64,000 bases of DNA from Candidatus Micrarchaeota archaeon (GTDB lineage Archaea > Micrarchaeota > Micrarchaeia > Micrarchaeales > CABMGC01), in assembly GCA_021848065.1 (NCBI GenBank), contig JAJZNA010000016.1, forward strand, positions 49,044 through 113,043, written 5' to 3'. The position numbers were made by a program, and so were the translations under genes. The notes under the pieces are model-generated. The model did not search any database, had not been told where the DNA came from, and was given only the letters and a program-made list of their open reading frames with translations. This document shows, in pieces, positions 19,054-28,918 of the stretch. Numbering within the stretch: position 1 is the stretch's first letter; each line of letters starts with the position of its first letter.

Positions 19054-19063
19054 TTTAAATATA
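19054..19063 (+). promoter_or_regulatory. TATA box of the EF-1alpha/uS10 operon
   Basis: AAAAGCTTTAAATATATT has a purine-rich BRE-like stretch followed by TTTAAATATA. A GGTGA Shine-Dalgarno lies 6 nt before the ATG at 19163. Confidence 0.5.
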
Positions 19064-19162
19064 TTATCTCCTATACTGTATAGCGTTCAGCATCGACAGA
19101 TTCTATAAAAGCTAGGCTTCTTCATGCTGTGCAAATATCAACAATAATACTTGGTGAATTAA

Positions 19163-20434
19163 ATGGCAGACAAAAAACCGCACATGAATTTGATATTCAT
19201 AGGCCACATAGACCACGGAAAGTCAACTACAGTAGGAAGGCTGCTCTACGAGACAAAGGCAGTATCAGAGCAGGACATGAAGAAGCTCAAGGATGAAGTA
19301 GCAAAGTACAACAGACCTACATTCGAATTCGCATTCGTAATGGACCAGCTCAAGGAGGAAAGGGAAAGGGGAATAACCATAGACATAATGCACAGGGATT
19401 TCCAGACTTCCAAGTACTACTTCACCATAATCGACGCTCCTGGACACAGGGACTTCGTAAAGAACATGATTACAGGGGCAAGCCAGGCAGACGCCGCAGT
19501 GCTTGTCGTATCAACTCCGGACGGAATACAGTCACAGACAAGGGAGCACGCATATCTCGCAAGAGTTCTTGGAATAAACCAGCTCATAGTCGGACTCAAC
19601 AAGATAGATGCCGCTGGATTTGACAAGGCCAAGTTCGATGACACAAAGGCAAAGGTCACCGAACTGCTCAAGACCGTAGGTTACGATGTCAGCAAGGTAC
19701 TTTTCATACCTTACTCTGCACTCGAAGGATCAAACGTGGCTGCAAAGTCAGACAAGCTTCCATGGTACACTGGGCCAACGCTTCTCGAGGCACTCGACCT
19801 GCTTGTGCTTCCAAAGAAGCCTGTGGACAAGCCTCTTAGGCTTCCAGTGCAGGACGCATACTCAATCTCAGGTTTCGGAACAGTGCCTGTAGGAAGGGTA
19901 GAGACCGGAACCATGAAGGTAGGGGAAAATGTCATAATAATGCCTGCAGGAGTAAAGGCTGAGGTCAAGTCAATAGAGATGCACCACCAGCAGTTGCAGC
20001 AGGCAGAGCCTGGTGACAATGTCGGTTTCAATGTAAAGGGAATCGAAAAGAAGGACGTGAAGAAGGGCGACGTGGTAGGGCCTGTCAGCAACCCTCCAAC
20101 AGTGTGCTCAGAATTCACTGCACAGATAGTTGTGATAAACCACCCGACCGCAATAGCACCTGGATACACGCCTGTCTTCCACATCCACACTGCGCAAATA
20201 GCTGCCACAGTGACCGAGATAGTGGAGAAGAAGGACCCTAAGACCGGCCAGACGCTTCAGAAGAATCCAGAGTTCATCAAGAATGGAGACGTTGCAATAG
20301 TCAAGATAAAGCCTACAAGGCCAATAGTCATAGAGAAGTTTGCGGACTTCCCACCTCTTGGCAGGTTCGCAATAAGGGACATGGGCCAGACGGTTGCAGC
20401 AGGAGTAGTCCTTGATGTAGTCAAAAAGCAGTGA
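19163..20434 (+). CDS. tuf: Translation elongation factor 1-alpha (aEF-1A)
   Basis: 423-aa ORF with [18 protein letters not shown] and NKID GTPase motifs, and an overall EF-1alpha pattern. Confidence 0.97.
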   Translation: MADKKPHMNLIFIGHIDHGKSTTVGRLLYETKAVSEQDMKKLKDEVAKYNRPTFEFAFVMDQLKEERERGITIDIMHRDFQTSKYYFTIIDAPGHRDFVKNMITGASQADAAVLVVSTPDGIQSQTREHAYLARVLGINQLIVGLNKIDAAGFDKAKFDDTKAKVTELLKTVGYDVSKVLFIPYSALEGSNVAAKSDKLPWYTGPTLLEALDLLVLPKKPVDKPLRLPVQDAYSISGFGTVPVGRVETGTMKVGENVIIMPAGVKAEVKSIEMHHQQLQQAEPGDNVGFNVKGIEKKDVKKGDVVGPVSNPPTVCSEFTAQIVVINHPTAIAPGYTPVFHIHTAQIAATVTEIVEKKDPKTGQTLQKNPEFIKNGDVAIVKIKPTRPIVIEKFADFPPLGRFAIRDMGQTVAAGVVLDVVKKQ

Positions 20435-20438
20435 TTGA

Positions 20439-20744
20439 TTGCCTGTAGCAAGAATAAAGATAATAAGCAGGAACACCAAGGATGCAAGGTCCATAGCTGG
20501 CCAGATAGTGGGCATAGCGAAGGAGGCAGGGATCAAGTTCAAGGGTCCCGTTGCACTCCCCACTAGAAGGCTCAAGATCTTCACAAGGAAGACTCCTTGT
20601 GGAGACGGATCTCACACCTATGAGCACTGGGAGATGCGCATACACAAACTGCTTGTGGAGATAGATGGCAGTGACCAGGCGCTTAGGCATGTGATGAGGA
20701 TACTTGTGCCTGACACGGTTCAGATCGAAATGTCGCTCTCCTAA
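20439..20744 (+). CDS. rps10: Ribosomal protein uS10
   Basis: ARIKIISRNTKDARSIAGQIV...KGPVALPTRRLKIFTRKTPCGDGSHTYEHWEMRIHKLLVEI is the uS10 pattern. Apparent TTG start 4 nt after the tuf stop. Confidence 0.9.
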   Translation: MPVARIKIISRNTKDARSIAGQIVGIAKEAGIKFKGPVALPTRRLKIFTRKTPCGDGSHTYEHWEMRIHKLLVEIDGSDQALRHVMRILVPDTVQIEMSLS

Positions 20745-20760
20745 TTCTTGGGAGGCGCAT

Positions 20761-20805
20761 TTTAACTATTTCTTATATTTTCTTTTTATATAAACTTTTT
20801 AGCCA
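20761..20805 (+). terminator. T-rich terminator region after uS10
   Basis: ATTTTAACTATTTCTTATATTTTCTTTTTATATAAACTTTTT contains several oligo-T runs, as used for archaeal termination. Confidence 0.4.
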
Positions 20806-20825
20806 CGCTGCCGCTTTCATACCTT

Positions 20826-21125
20826 TCAATTGGTATGTTTGGGCGGAATCTTGTCCAACGCATCGCTCAATAGCGATCCCGGATCTCTGAATTCGGCCAG
20901 CAATGCCCTCTGTTTTTCCTGGTCTGCAGGATCCGCAGGCCTGACGCTATCTAGCAGTGTGAGTATCTTGCTAGTTATTCTAGTGGTCAACTTCTCCTGT
21001 CCATCGCCATGTGCTCGAAAACAATCAAGCAAATCTGCGTCAAGCCCACTACTTCTGGCGCGATCTGGATCCACTTCCTTCAAAAACTTCACTGCCCTGT
21101 GTGCAAGGTCTAAGCGTGCGGCCAT
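20826..21125 (-). CDS. Hypothetical protein
   Basis: 99-aa ORF, acidic, predicted helical. No motif recognised. Confidence 0.35.
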   Translation of the reverse strand: MAARLDLAHRAVKFLKEVDPDRARSSGLDADLLDCFRAHGDGQEKLTTRITSKILTLLDSVRPADPADQEKQRALLAEFRDPGSLLSDALDKIPPKHTN

Positions 21126-21221
21126 TATATCATAGGCTTCTGCTGTTTTCTCATATTTAAGGCTGTTCTAGGCTAAGCTATGCCTAGAGCGTTTCATGAA
21201 AAAGCCATGTGCGGAGATAAA

Positions 21222-21246
21222 GTACGGGCCGCTAAGGCCCCGTACC
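21222..21246 (-). terminator. Hairpin downstream of the SAM synthetase gene
   Basis: GTACGGGCC-GCTAA-GGCCCCGTAC lies 16-40 nt past the stop codon. On the minus strand it is followed by TTTATCT. Confidence 0.35.
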
Positions 21247-21261
21247 TGCCGAAGAATGCTC

Positions 21262-22467
21262 TCAGAAAGTCTTGTACTTTCCTAGGGAGATATCCATCGT
21301 GAACTCTCCAAGCCTGTCCAGCCAGCTCTCTGCAACGTACTGCGCCTTCGACTTGGCATTCTCAAAGTTTGATCCGCCCTCAGTCTCAAGCTCTATGTTA
21401 AGGTTAAGCGGCTCGTCTATCCTCTTTCCGATCTGGGACATTATGGCTATGTTGCACTCTACGATGCCAGGGTACTGCTTTACTATGTCCATTGCCATCT
21501 CTGTTGCCAGGAGGTTGTATATCTTGCCTATGTGGTTGACTGGGTTCTTTCCTGCAGCCGCCTCAAGGCTCATCGGCCTGAATGGGGTTATGAGTCCATT
21601 TACCCTATTTCCCCTTCCTACTGATCCGTCATCTCCAGCCTCACAGCTCAGCCCAGTCTTTGTCAGGTATACGTCTTCACCCTCATCGGGGTCTGCGGCG
21701 TTTATGTGTACTTCAACCTCCTTGTTGACTAGCTTCTCTGCGAACTTCCGGACATCCTTCTTTACCCTTTCCTTGTACCCGAGGTACTGGTCCAGGTCCT
21801 TTGTATGCTTAGATACGAATGCTATTGCAATTGTGAGTACGTACTTGTCCCCATCCCTGAGGCCCATGACCTTGACGTCTTCCCCAACTGCTGGCATGGA
21901 TTCCTTGTACGCGCCGCTGTTAAGGTATTTCTCAGTCTCTAGGACAAGCCTCTCTATGCCTGTGAATGGCGCAAAGCCTATTCCGAATGAGGTATCATTG
22001 GCAAGCGGTGCCCTCTTATCTCCCCTTGCAAAAAGGGCCGTAAGGTCCGCGCTTCCCTTAGCTATCTTTGACTCGAATGAGACCTCGCTTTCAACATCAA
22101 GGAACCTTGTATTGTTCTTCAGGTATCCAAGCGCCACGTCCTTTGCTATCTCATTCACGTCTATCTTGACGTCCTTGTACCTGTCCATGGCCCTGCCTGT
22201 TATTATAACCTCTATCTTCTTCGTGATCTTGGCATGGCCGAAGCCTGCTTCGGATGCCCCTCCAATGACCAATCCCTTGTCCACGTTGTGGTGAAGTATT
22301 GCTCCGCACTTTTCAAGATACTCTTTGCTCAGCGCGTGGCTGGTTGCGTCCACTATGCCGTCTATGAGGCTGTCTGGGTGACCCACTCCCTTCCTCTCAA
22401 CATACTCTATCCTCTGCGATGCGACTGGTATTCCGTTCAGCTTGCCTATGGATATGTTCTTTGTCAT
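21262..22467 (-). CDS. mat: Archaeal-type S-adenosylmethionine synthetase
   Basis: 401-aa ORF. VERKGVGHPDSLIDGIVDA and the overall layout match archaeal MAT rather than bacterial MetK. Confidence 0.9.
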   Translation of the reverse strand: MTKNISIGKLNGIPVASQRIEYVERKGVGHPDSLIDGIVDATSHALSKEYLEKCGAILHHNVDKGLVIGGASEAGFGHAKITKKIEVIITGRAMDRYKDVKIDVNEIAKDVALGYLKNNTRFLDVESEVSFESKIAKGSADLTALFARGDKRAPLANDTSFGIGFAPFTGIERLVLETEKYLNSGAYKESMPAVGEDVKVMGLRDGDKYVLTIAIAFVSKHTKDLDQYLGYKERVKKDVRKFAEKLVNKEVEVHINAADPDEGEDVYLTKTGLSCEAGDDGSVGRGNRVNGLITPFRPMSLEAAAGKNPVNHIGKIYNLLATEMAMDIVKQYPGIVECNIAIMSQIGKRIDEPLNLNIELETEGGSNFENAKSKAQYVAESWLDRLGEFTMDISLGKYKTF

Positions 22468-22559
22468 TATACCATCTAAGACTATTCCATTAACTTTGGC
22501 CTGGAGGTTTTATAAATACCTATATAATTATTGTTGCACATATTATTACCGATAGTAAT

Positions 22560-23156
22560 ATGCCAGAAGGCATCGACTCCCTTGACCAGGTATCCCACAG
22601 GATACGCTTGATGCGCAAGTCCGGAAGGATAAGCCAGTCTAGGCTGGCGCATGCATGCGGGCTTAGCCAGAGCACCATCGCCAGGATGGAGAGGGACATA
22701 AAGAGGCTGAATCCCAGCTACAGCACAGTCTACTTGGTTGTTGAGACCCTCATAGGGATGGGCCGCAAGGCTGGCGACGGGGAGATACTGCGCAAGAGGG
22801 CTTATGAGGTCATGCACAGGAAGATAGCCTATGTGGGCCCAAGGGACACAATAGCAAATGCCATATCCCTGTTCACAGACCACGGGTTCCAGCAGCTTCC
22901 GGTCCTGGACCCTGACAAGAAAGTCGTAGGCACAGTTTATGAGAAGGATCTGCTGAGCATAGCGACCCAGTCCCCGGAGATGATCCGCAGGCGAATAGTG
23001 GCCAGCGTGATGAAGGCTCCACTGCCGCAGATAGACAAGGAGACCGAGATCATGAAGGTTAAGCCCATGCTTGAGAGCTGGGACGCTGTCATAGTCTCAG
23101 AGAAGGGAAAGGCCATAGGCATAGTCACCATCTACGACATACTCAAGAACGTCTAG
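22560..23156 (+). CDS. HTH (XRE-type) plus CBS-pair transcriptional regulator
   Basis: The N-terminus IRLMRKSGRISQSRLAHACGLSQSTIARMERD is an XRE-like HTH. The C-terminal half has two CBS-like repeats (GFQQLPVLD...VGTVYEKDLL and AVIVSEKGKAIGIVTIYDIL). Confidence 0.7.
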   Translation: MPEGIDSLDQVSHRIRLMRKSGRISQSRLAHACGLSQSTIARMERDIKRLNPSYSTVYLVVETLIGMGRKAGDGEILRKRAYEVMHRKIAYVGPRDTIANAISLFTDHGFQQLPVLDPDKKVVGTVYEKDLLSIATQSPEMIRRRIVASVMKAPLPQIDKETEIMKVKPMLESWDAVIVSEKGKAIGIVTIYDILKNV

Positions 23157-24586
23157 GCCACGGCAAAGCTCTTGGCCAGTATGGATCGTGCAAGATCCCT
23201 GTTCTTCTGCAGTATGTCATTCTCCTCTGAAGCATCGTCCATTGAATATAACTCGTCCTGCTTCTTCCCGTAGAAGTGTATGAGCTTGTGGCCGTTGCTG
23301 AACACCGCAGTGGCAAAATTGTTGAAGTAGCGCTTCTTCCTGTAAACCATGTCAGCGTGCTCCGACCTCGACCTGATGAGCTTAAGGAGGTATGTGTCCC
23401 AGACCTCCGTTATGCCGAGGTGGTCCGAGACAACCGTATCCTCTGCAATCGCATTGACATTTATGCCCTTGCCGTACCCCATCTCAACCATCATCCCATT
23501 GAGCCTTGTCAGGCTAAATGGCTGTGCAATCCTCTTCCTGCAGTCCTGCTGCCTTTCTCCTTCAAAACGAGATATTATTAGCGGAACCTTCACGACCTCG
23601 TTGTAAGGGAAGACATTGTGGTACATCTGCCCATGCTCCATGAACGCCTGGCCATGGTCCGAGGCTATTATGACATAGGCATCATCCAGCCTCCCTTTAG
23701 CCTTCAATATACCGAGCAGGTCTGCGACCCGCCTGTCAAGGTATTCTATCCTCTTCAGGTAAGCCTCCTTCTCCACCATGGCATCATGTGTGCTGCTATA
23801 CCCTATCATGTGCAGCCATTTGTCCTGTATTGTTTCCTTCTCATCTACCATATTTGTGGGATACCCTTCATGTCCTTCCATGTAGTTCACGAATAGGAAG
23901 TCCTTCCTGCCCCTATTGACGTCGAGGTACTCCCTTATTCGTTCGTTAGTGCCTACAGCGCCGCTGTCCATATTGTAGTATCCGCACACCTTTGAGTAAT
24001 GCCTGTCTACCTCTTTCCTAAGTGCAATGTACAGCCTGTCCATCGCGCTTTTTGGAAATACCTTGGAAAGTTCGCTGGCTACACGCACTATGCCATTCCT
24101 TGTGAAGTTGTTGTTTATCATGCCAAGAAGCATTCGCAGGGGTATGTTGCTGCCTATTATCTTGTTCTCCACAAATTTATTGTCCAGGTATGAGAAGCCG
24201 CTGGAAGTGCCGCCATACGGTGAAAGGAAGGGATTGTTGGAGAACAGGGCAGTCCTGTATCCGATATAGGAGAGGTGCTTTGCCAGGGTTATCTCGTTTC
24301 CCTTGACGTATGTGGATTTCTTCAGGAACGGGTCTGTCTTTTCATTATAGTTCTTCATGTTGTCCTTCATCAGGGCCTTTATGGACCTTGGCCTCTTGCC
24401 CAGGAATATGGAGAGGTGCGATGGCAGAGTGTACGTTCCAGGGGCCACTGCGTTGTCGAACACCATGGACTTGCGTGCAAGCCCGTCTATATTTGGCAGC
24501 CTCCTGCCTCCGTATGTGCCTAGCGCATCCGCTCTGACCGTGTCGAGCATTATGAAGATTATGTCCGGCTGCGTAGGCATACCCAA
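23153..24586 (-). CDS. Alkaline-phosphatase-superfamily, sulfatase-like enzyme
   Basis: PDIIFIMLDTVRADALG is the sulfatase N-terminal metal motif. The nucleophile position reads GTYTLPSHLS, so Thr replaces Cys/Ser. SDHG comes later. Confidence 0.7.
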   Translation of the reverse strand: MGMPTQPDIIFIMLDTVRADALGTYGGRRLPNIDGLARKSMVFDNAVAPGTYTLPSHLSIFLGKRPRSIKALMKDNMKNYNEKTDPFLKKSTYVKGNEITLAKHLSYIGYRTALFSNNPFLSPYGGTSSGFSYLDNKFVENKIIGSNIPLRMLLGMINNNFTRNGIVRVASELSKVFPKSAMDRLYIALRKEVDRHYSKVCGYYNMDSGAVGTNERIREYLDVNRGRKDFLFVNYMEGHEGYPTNMVDEKETIQDKWLHMIGYSSTHDAMVEKEAYLKRIEYLDRRVADLLGILKAKGRLDDAYVIIASDHGQAFMEHGQMYHNVFPYNEVVKVPLIISRFEGERQQDCRKRIAQPFSLTRLNGMMVEMGYGKGINVNAIAEDTVVSDHLGITEVWDTYLLKLIRSRSEHADMVYRKKRYFNNFATAVFSNGHKLIHFYGKKQDELYSMDDASEENDILQKNRDLARSILAKSFAVA

Positions 24587-24591
24587 CCCTC

Positions 24592-25545
24592 CTATATCAG
24601 CTCAAGGTATGAGAACATTACCGGCAGTATTATCGTTATGTCGCCGTCTATGGTCGTGTAGTGTGCCTTCTCCTTTATCTTGCCCCAGGATACTGCCTCG
24701 GTGAGCCTGGCCCCCGAAAGGCTGCCATCATACTGGGATGCCGTGGTGATATACACCGCGTAGTCCAGGCCGCCCTTGAACTGGTTCCACCATATCACAT
24801 GGTGCTTGCTTATGCCTCCCCCAAGCATCAGGGCCCCGGTTACTTTGTGGTCGAATGAGATGTTGCTCAGTTCAATCTCGTCTTTGAGCAGGTTAAGCTT
24901 GAAGTCATGGTCCTGTGCGAATAGTGTAAGCTGTGTGCCGAACGCCCCGTCCACTATCCCTGGCACATATATCGGGACATTGTTTAGGTATGCCTGCCTT
25001 AGTATGGACTTCGGATCCTTTATCCTCTTCCCGAATTCCCTCAGAAGCTCGCTTGGGCTGTACTCCTTCTTGTAATCCGCAGAGGAGTAGATGTCATTCA
25101 TTATCTCCCCGAAGTACTTCTCCACTGCAAGGCCATACTGGTCGCTGCCTATGAATATATTTCCAAGCCGGTAGATGTCCATCTTCTTGAGTTCAACGTC
25201 ATCCGCCTCGAACTTGCCCAGGCTGTACTTTCCGCCATGCGCCTTTGCAAGGTCGTGGTCCAGGGTCCCGCAAGTGGTCATGATTGCGTCGAAATGCTTT
25301 ACTGCATCTGCTATCATGCCCCTCAGCCCGGTGGCTATTATGTCTGCAGGAAACGAGAGGAAGTTGAACGAGTCCTTGTCCTTGATCATATCTTCAAGTA
25401 TGTCTATGCCTTCTATCATATGCTGCGCCGAGAATCCGCCCACGCTCCTCTGAGAGTCTATGAGCTCCTTCACGCTCATTCCCTTCTTAAGGTTAACATC
25501 CTTCACATGCTTTTCCAAAAGAGATGACTTCACGTCCTTTGCCAT
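24592..25545 (-). CDS. dys: Deoxyhypusine synthase
   Basis: 317-aa ORF. The pattern LSFPADIIATGLRG...MTTCGTLDHD...GGGISKHH is typical of DHS. Confidence 0.88.
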   Translation of the reverse strand: MAKDVKSSLLEKHVKDVNLKKGMSVKELIDSQRSVGGFSAQHMIEGIDILEDMIKDKDSFNFLSFPADIIATGLRGMIADAVKHFDAIMTTCGTLDHDLAKAHGGKYSLGKFEADDVELKKMDIYRLGNIFIGSDQYGLAVEKYFGEIMNDIYSSADYKKEYSPSELLREFGKRIKDPKSILRQAYLNNVPIYVPGIVDGAFGTQLTLFAQDHDFKLNLLKDEIELSNISFDHKVTGALMLGGGISKHHVIWWNQFKGGLDYAVYITTASQYDGSLSGARLTEAVSWGKIKEKAHYTTIDGDITIILPVMFSYLELI

Positions 25546-25606
25546 TCCATCACTATTAATAAATTGGTTCAGTTAAGGCTATAAATGATTGCAGGAGTGT
25601 GCTTCG

Positions 25607-26638
25607 ATGATGGTAAAAGCGCCGGGAGTTGTAAAGTTGCTTGGTGAGCATGCTGTTGTTTACGGAAAGCTCTCGGTTGCTATAGGCATAAACCTATATG
25701 CCAAGGCCAGTGCACGTAGGACTAAGGGCAATGTGCTGCGCATAAATGCGTCGGACCTTGGGATAAAAGGCGAATTTGATGCAGGCATGCTCGAACAGAT
25801 CTATTCTGCGTACGGGGCGCGTAAAGACCTGGGCAGCTATGTGAGGGCCCAGACGGTGCAGCATGAACTCCTTCCGTTTGCCACCATCGCGGCCAGGCTA
25901 TTTAAGGAATTTGGGGTGAACCCGCTAGGCCTTGATGTGAGCCTGTCATCTGAGATACCGCTGAAGACAGGTCTTGCAAGCAGTGCCGCCATCTCCACTG
26001 CCTTTGCAGTGCTCCTGTTAAAGGCTTCGGGTGCAAACCTACCTGACGAATCAACAATAGACGTTATACGCGATGGAGACCGCATAGTGCATCTCAACGA
26101 AAATGCAGGTAGGATAGATGTAAGCACCTCTTTCTACGGCGGATACACTTCCTTTAGCTCTGAAAAAGGGGCTAACAAGGAGAAGGTTAAAGCGAGGGCA
26201 AAATTATTGATAATAGATACGGGCCCGAAGAAACCAACATCCGAGACAGTGGGCCATGTGGCTGAACTGTATAAGGCGGACGCTGCAGGCACTGGAGCTA
26301 TTCTGGAAAAGATAAATGAGTGTTCCATCAAAGGACTTGCGGCTGCCAGGGAGGGAGATTTGAAGCTGCTGGGCAGATACATGTACGAGGATCAGATCCT
26401 GCTAAAATCTCTTGGGGTTTCCAGCGAAGGCCTGGATGAAGCAGTGTCCTTGGCCAGAGAGGGTAAAGCATATGGCGCAAAGCTCAGTGGTGGTGGGGGC
26501 GGTGGCATAGCCATAGCGCTAGTGCGCGGTGATGCAGAAGAGCTGATAACAAGATTGAAGTCCAGGGGCTTCACCGTTTCCATTGTTAAAGTCGCATCAA
26601 AAGGCGCAAGAGATTACCTCAAGGCAGGCCAGTCCTAA
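25607..26638 (+). CDS. mvk: Mevalonate kinase
   Basis: MMVKAPGVVKLLGEHAVVYGK is the MVK N-terminal motif, and PLKTGLASSAAISTA is GHMP motif II. TATA-like GCTATAAATGA lies ~25 nt upstream of ATG 25607. The track ORF starts at TTG 25589. Confidence 0.85.
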   Translation: MMVKAPGVVKLLGEHAVVYGKLSVAIGINLYAKASARRTKGNVLRINASDLGIKGEFDAGMLEQIYSAYGARKDLGSYVRAQTVQHELLPFATIAARLFKEFGVNPLGLDVSLSSEIPLKTGLASSAAISTAFAVLLLKASGANLPDESTIDVIRDGDRIVHLNENAGRIDVSTSFYGGYTSFSSEKGANKEKVKARAKLLIIDTGPKKPTSETVGHVAELYKADAAGTGAILEKINECSIKGLAAAREGDLKLLGRYMYEDQILLKSLGVSSEGLDEAVSLAREGKAYGAKLSGGGGGGIAIALVRGDAEELITRLKSRGFTVSIVKVASKGARDYLKAGQS

Positions 26639-27765
26639 TCCATTCCCTCTTCAACGGAATTTAGTTCAAGTACCTTAAGTTCCTTCCTCCCATTCCAATA
26701 CTCCCTGAGACGTGAGCGCTCACTGTCGCTTCTGCACAGTGCGGCTACTGCATCTCTTCCTCCGGCACCTGGCAGCTTTGCAACAAAAGCGCCATTCTTC
26801 TTGCTATCCTCTATGAGTTGTGTGCAGTCATCTGGCTCTATTCCAACGCCGCTCAGAGCACCAAGTTTCTTAGTTGCGGCCCTTCCAATATCAAACGATT
26901 CCCTGAATGCATCTTCAGCTCCGTTCTCGTCGTTTTCCATTCGTTCCAGGGCGTTAATTGCATCCCTGTTGGCAGAGTCTATCTCCTTCATCAACCTCGA
27001 GTATGTCTTAGGGTCCTTTATCTTGAATTCGGACACGCTTCCCAATGCCTTGGTGGTTATCATGGAGTCTCCGAAGTTTGCAAAAACGAGTTTGAGCTCT
27101 CTGGGCAGTGTGAATTTTCTTATGCTATAATCCCAATCCCTCTTGACAAGCTCTGCAAGGTCCATCCCGGTGTAATCCTTAGGAAACGTGTTTAGGATGC
27201 TTGGTGAGTATCTGGTGTACAGTATTGTGCCATAAACTGCCGCAGCAATATCGAATCCGCTCCCCACCTTACCTGTAGCTATGCTGTGTGCGGCCTGCGA
27301 AAGCTTATGCAATGCACCATTCGGATCCCCATCAATTCCAAATAGCTTAAGTACAGACCCCACTGTGGCTACGGTCACTGCAGCGCTGCTCCCAAGCCCA
27401 CTCTTAACTATCTTCCCTCCAGAAGTGCTGTATGCAAACGGGGAGTCGGAATTTGTGGTTATGTCCAACCCTGTTGTCTTTGCGCCCATCTCCATGGAAT
27501 ATCTGAATGCAATTTCAGCTGCGGTCTTCATCAGTACAAGTTCCGCAGGAATATTGCCCCTGAACCTTTCGCCATCTATTTTTCCGCTGAAAGAGATGCC
27601 CAACTGCGGCGCGTTCAACTTTACTGAAGCGTCATGGCGATCTGCTGCAGTTGCAGTTACGTATGCGTCTACTGCATTTACAAAAGAGATATTCGGCCTT
27701 TCCAGAACCGAATACCCGCCTATCCACAGTATTTTTCCAGGGGCTTTGGCGCTTACTTCCAACAC
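26635..27765 (-). CDS. Phosphomevalonate kinase (ERG8/GHMP type)
   Basis: KAPGKILWIGGYSVLERPN is an ERG8-type N-terminus. VKSGLGSSAAVTVATVG is GHMP motif II. AKLPGAGGRDAV is motif III. Confidence 0.7.
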   Translation of the reverse strand: MLEVSAKAPGKILWIGGYSVLERPNISFVNAVDAYVTATAADRHDASVKLNAPQLGISFSGKIDGERFRGNIPAELVLMKTAAEIAFRYSMEMGAKTTGLDITTNSDSPFAYSTSGGKIVKSGLGSSAAVTVATVGSVLKLFGIDGDPNGALHKLSQAAHSIATGKVGSGFDIAAAVYGTILYTRYSPSILNTFPKDYTGMDLAELVKRDWDYSIRKFTLPRELKLVFANFGDSMITTKALGSVSEFKIKDPKTYSRLMKEIDSANRDAINALERMENDENGAEDAFRESFDIGRAATKKLGALSGVGIEPDDCTQLIEDSKKNGAFVAKLPGAGGRDAVAALCRSDSERSRLREYWNGRKELKVLELNSVEEGMD

Positions 27766-27775
27766 AACACCTCAT

Positions 27776-28858
27776 TCAATTTCCTGCCTTTGGCCCTAAA
27801 GCCGCGTCATCTATTAGCGAGAAGTCCTTCCCAAGCATCGATGGTCCCTGTCCTATTTTAGACTGCCTGACATCGAAAACGTCTCCAGATGCCTTAAGCT
27901 GCTCCAATGCTTCCATTACCTTTGCATTATGCTTTGACAGAGTTATTATGTGGGCGTTTGGACCAGCGTCGAACGTGTACGCTGCGATATTCTTTCCTTC
28001 TGAAAGATTAAGGCCCTCTATCAAGTCCATCACCTTGTAAGACGACCTATTGAGATATCTGATTGAAGGCCTCGTGCTAAGCATAAGCGCATGCATCTCG
28101 TTGCTGTCTGCCATTATGAGCTCTGCCAAAGACTCAAAGTCCTTCTTCCCATAAACCTCTGTCAGTTCAGAAAGCCGTTTCTCAGCAGCCGCAGGCCTTG
28201 ACGCATATAGTGGATTAGATTGGACCGTCTGCTTCATCCCTGCCCTTGAAGGCACCTTCTTCTTCTCTTGGGATACAATTGCAATATTATCCATGAGTTC
28301 GGGCCAATGCTTCTCATCGAATACCTGTTCTGCGTACGAATCGCTGCCGTCAGGTTCCGCTCCACGCTTCCATTCTACGAGTCCGCCAAAAAGGCTCCTG
28401 CATGCACTTCCGCTGCCCTGGCGTGCCACTATAGACAGCTTCCTGGTGCTTAGGCCGAGGCCAAATGCCTCATTAAGAACATAAACCAGGGTGGCGATGC
28501 CTGATGCGCTCGATGCCATTCCACTTGCCGTTGGGAAGTCATTGCGTGATACTATCAGGACCTTCTCACGTATCCCTGCCATCTTGCGCATGATCCCCAC
28601 AATGCCGAATCTTTCCGCAACGTCCTTGTCCTTTAAGTCCTGTATCTCCCCGTCAAGATAAAATCGATCTTCGTCCAGCTTTGAAGACACAAGCACGCTT
28701 GTAGTGGTATGCAACGTATCCCGAGAGAGCGTTAAACTTATTGAGGAGTTCTGCGGTAGTATTAGCTTCTCATCTCGCTTTCCCCAGTACTTTATAAGCG
28801 CAATATTCGGTGCACCTTCTGCAGTAAAGACTCTATTTGTGTCCAATTTACCATCCAT
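27776..28858 (-). CDS. mvaD: Diphosphomevalonate decarboxylase
   Basis: APNIALIKYWGKRD, TASGMASSASG and AAYTFDAGPNAHI, with the catalytic Asp of the FDAGPN motif retained. Confidence 0.8.
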   Translation of the reverse strand: MDGKLDTNRVFTAEGAPNIALIKYWGKRDEKLILPQNSSISLTLSRDTLHTTTSVLVSSKLDEDRFYLDGEIQDLKDKDVAERFGIVGIMRKMAGIREKVLIVSRNDFPTASGMASSASGIATLVYVLNEAFGLGLSTRKLSIVARQGSGSACRSLFGGLVEWKRGAEPDGSDSYAEQVFDEKHWPELMDNIAIVSQEKKKVPSRAGMKQTVQSNPLYASRPAAAEKRLSELTEVYGKKDFESLAELIMADSNEMHALMLSTRPSIRYLNRSSYKVMDLIEGLNLSEGKNIAAYTFDAGPNAHIITLSKHNAKVMEALEQLKASGDVFDVRQSKIGQGPSMLGKDFSLIDDAALGPKAGN

Positions 28859-28918
28859 TCAAGGCTGATATGAATATGCTGTGCAGCCTTTAAATTACTT
28901 GCACAGTAATATCCTACC

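Noticed and set aside
21272-22294. 340-aa plus-strand ORF. Similar long antisense ORFs occur elsewhere, e.g. 2106..2843, 6605..7240, 14933..15562, 33459..34166, 27281..27799 and 61722..62213.
   Set aside because: Each lies opposite a gene with unmistakable conserved motifs (SAM synthetase, the HAD-like protein, M20 peptidase, LeuRS, malic enzyme, PMK, the PRT-like orphan). Each has an S/L/P-rich low-information translation typical of shadow ORFs.
23153-23156. Convergent genes with overlapping stop codons here, and also at 26635-26638 and 34602-34608.
   Set aside because: Consistent with general genome compaction seen throughout the window. Not a specific regulatory feature.
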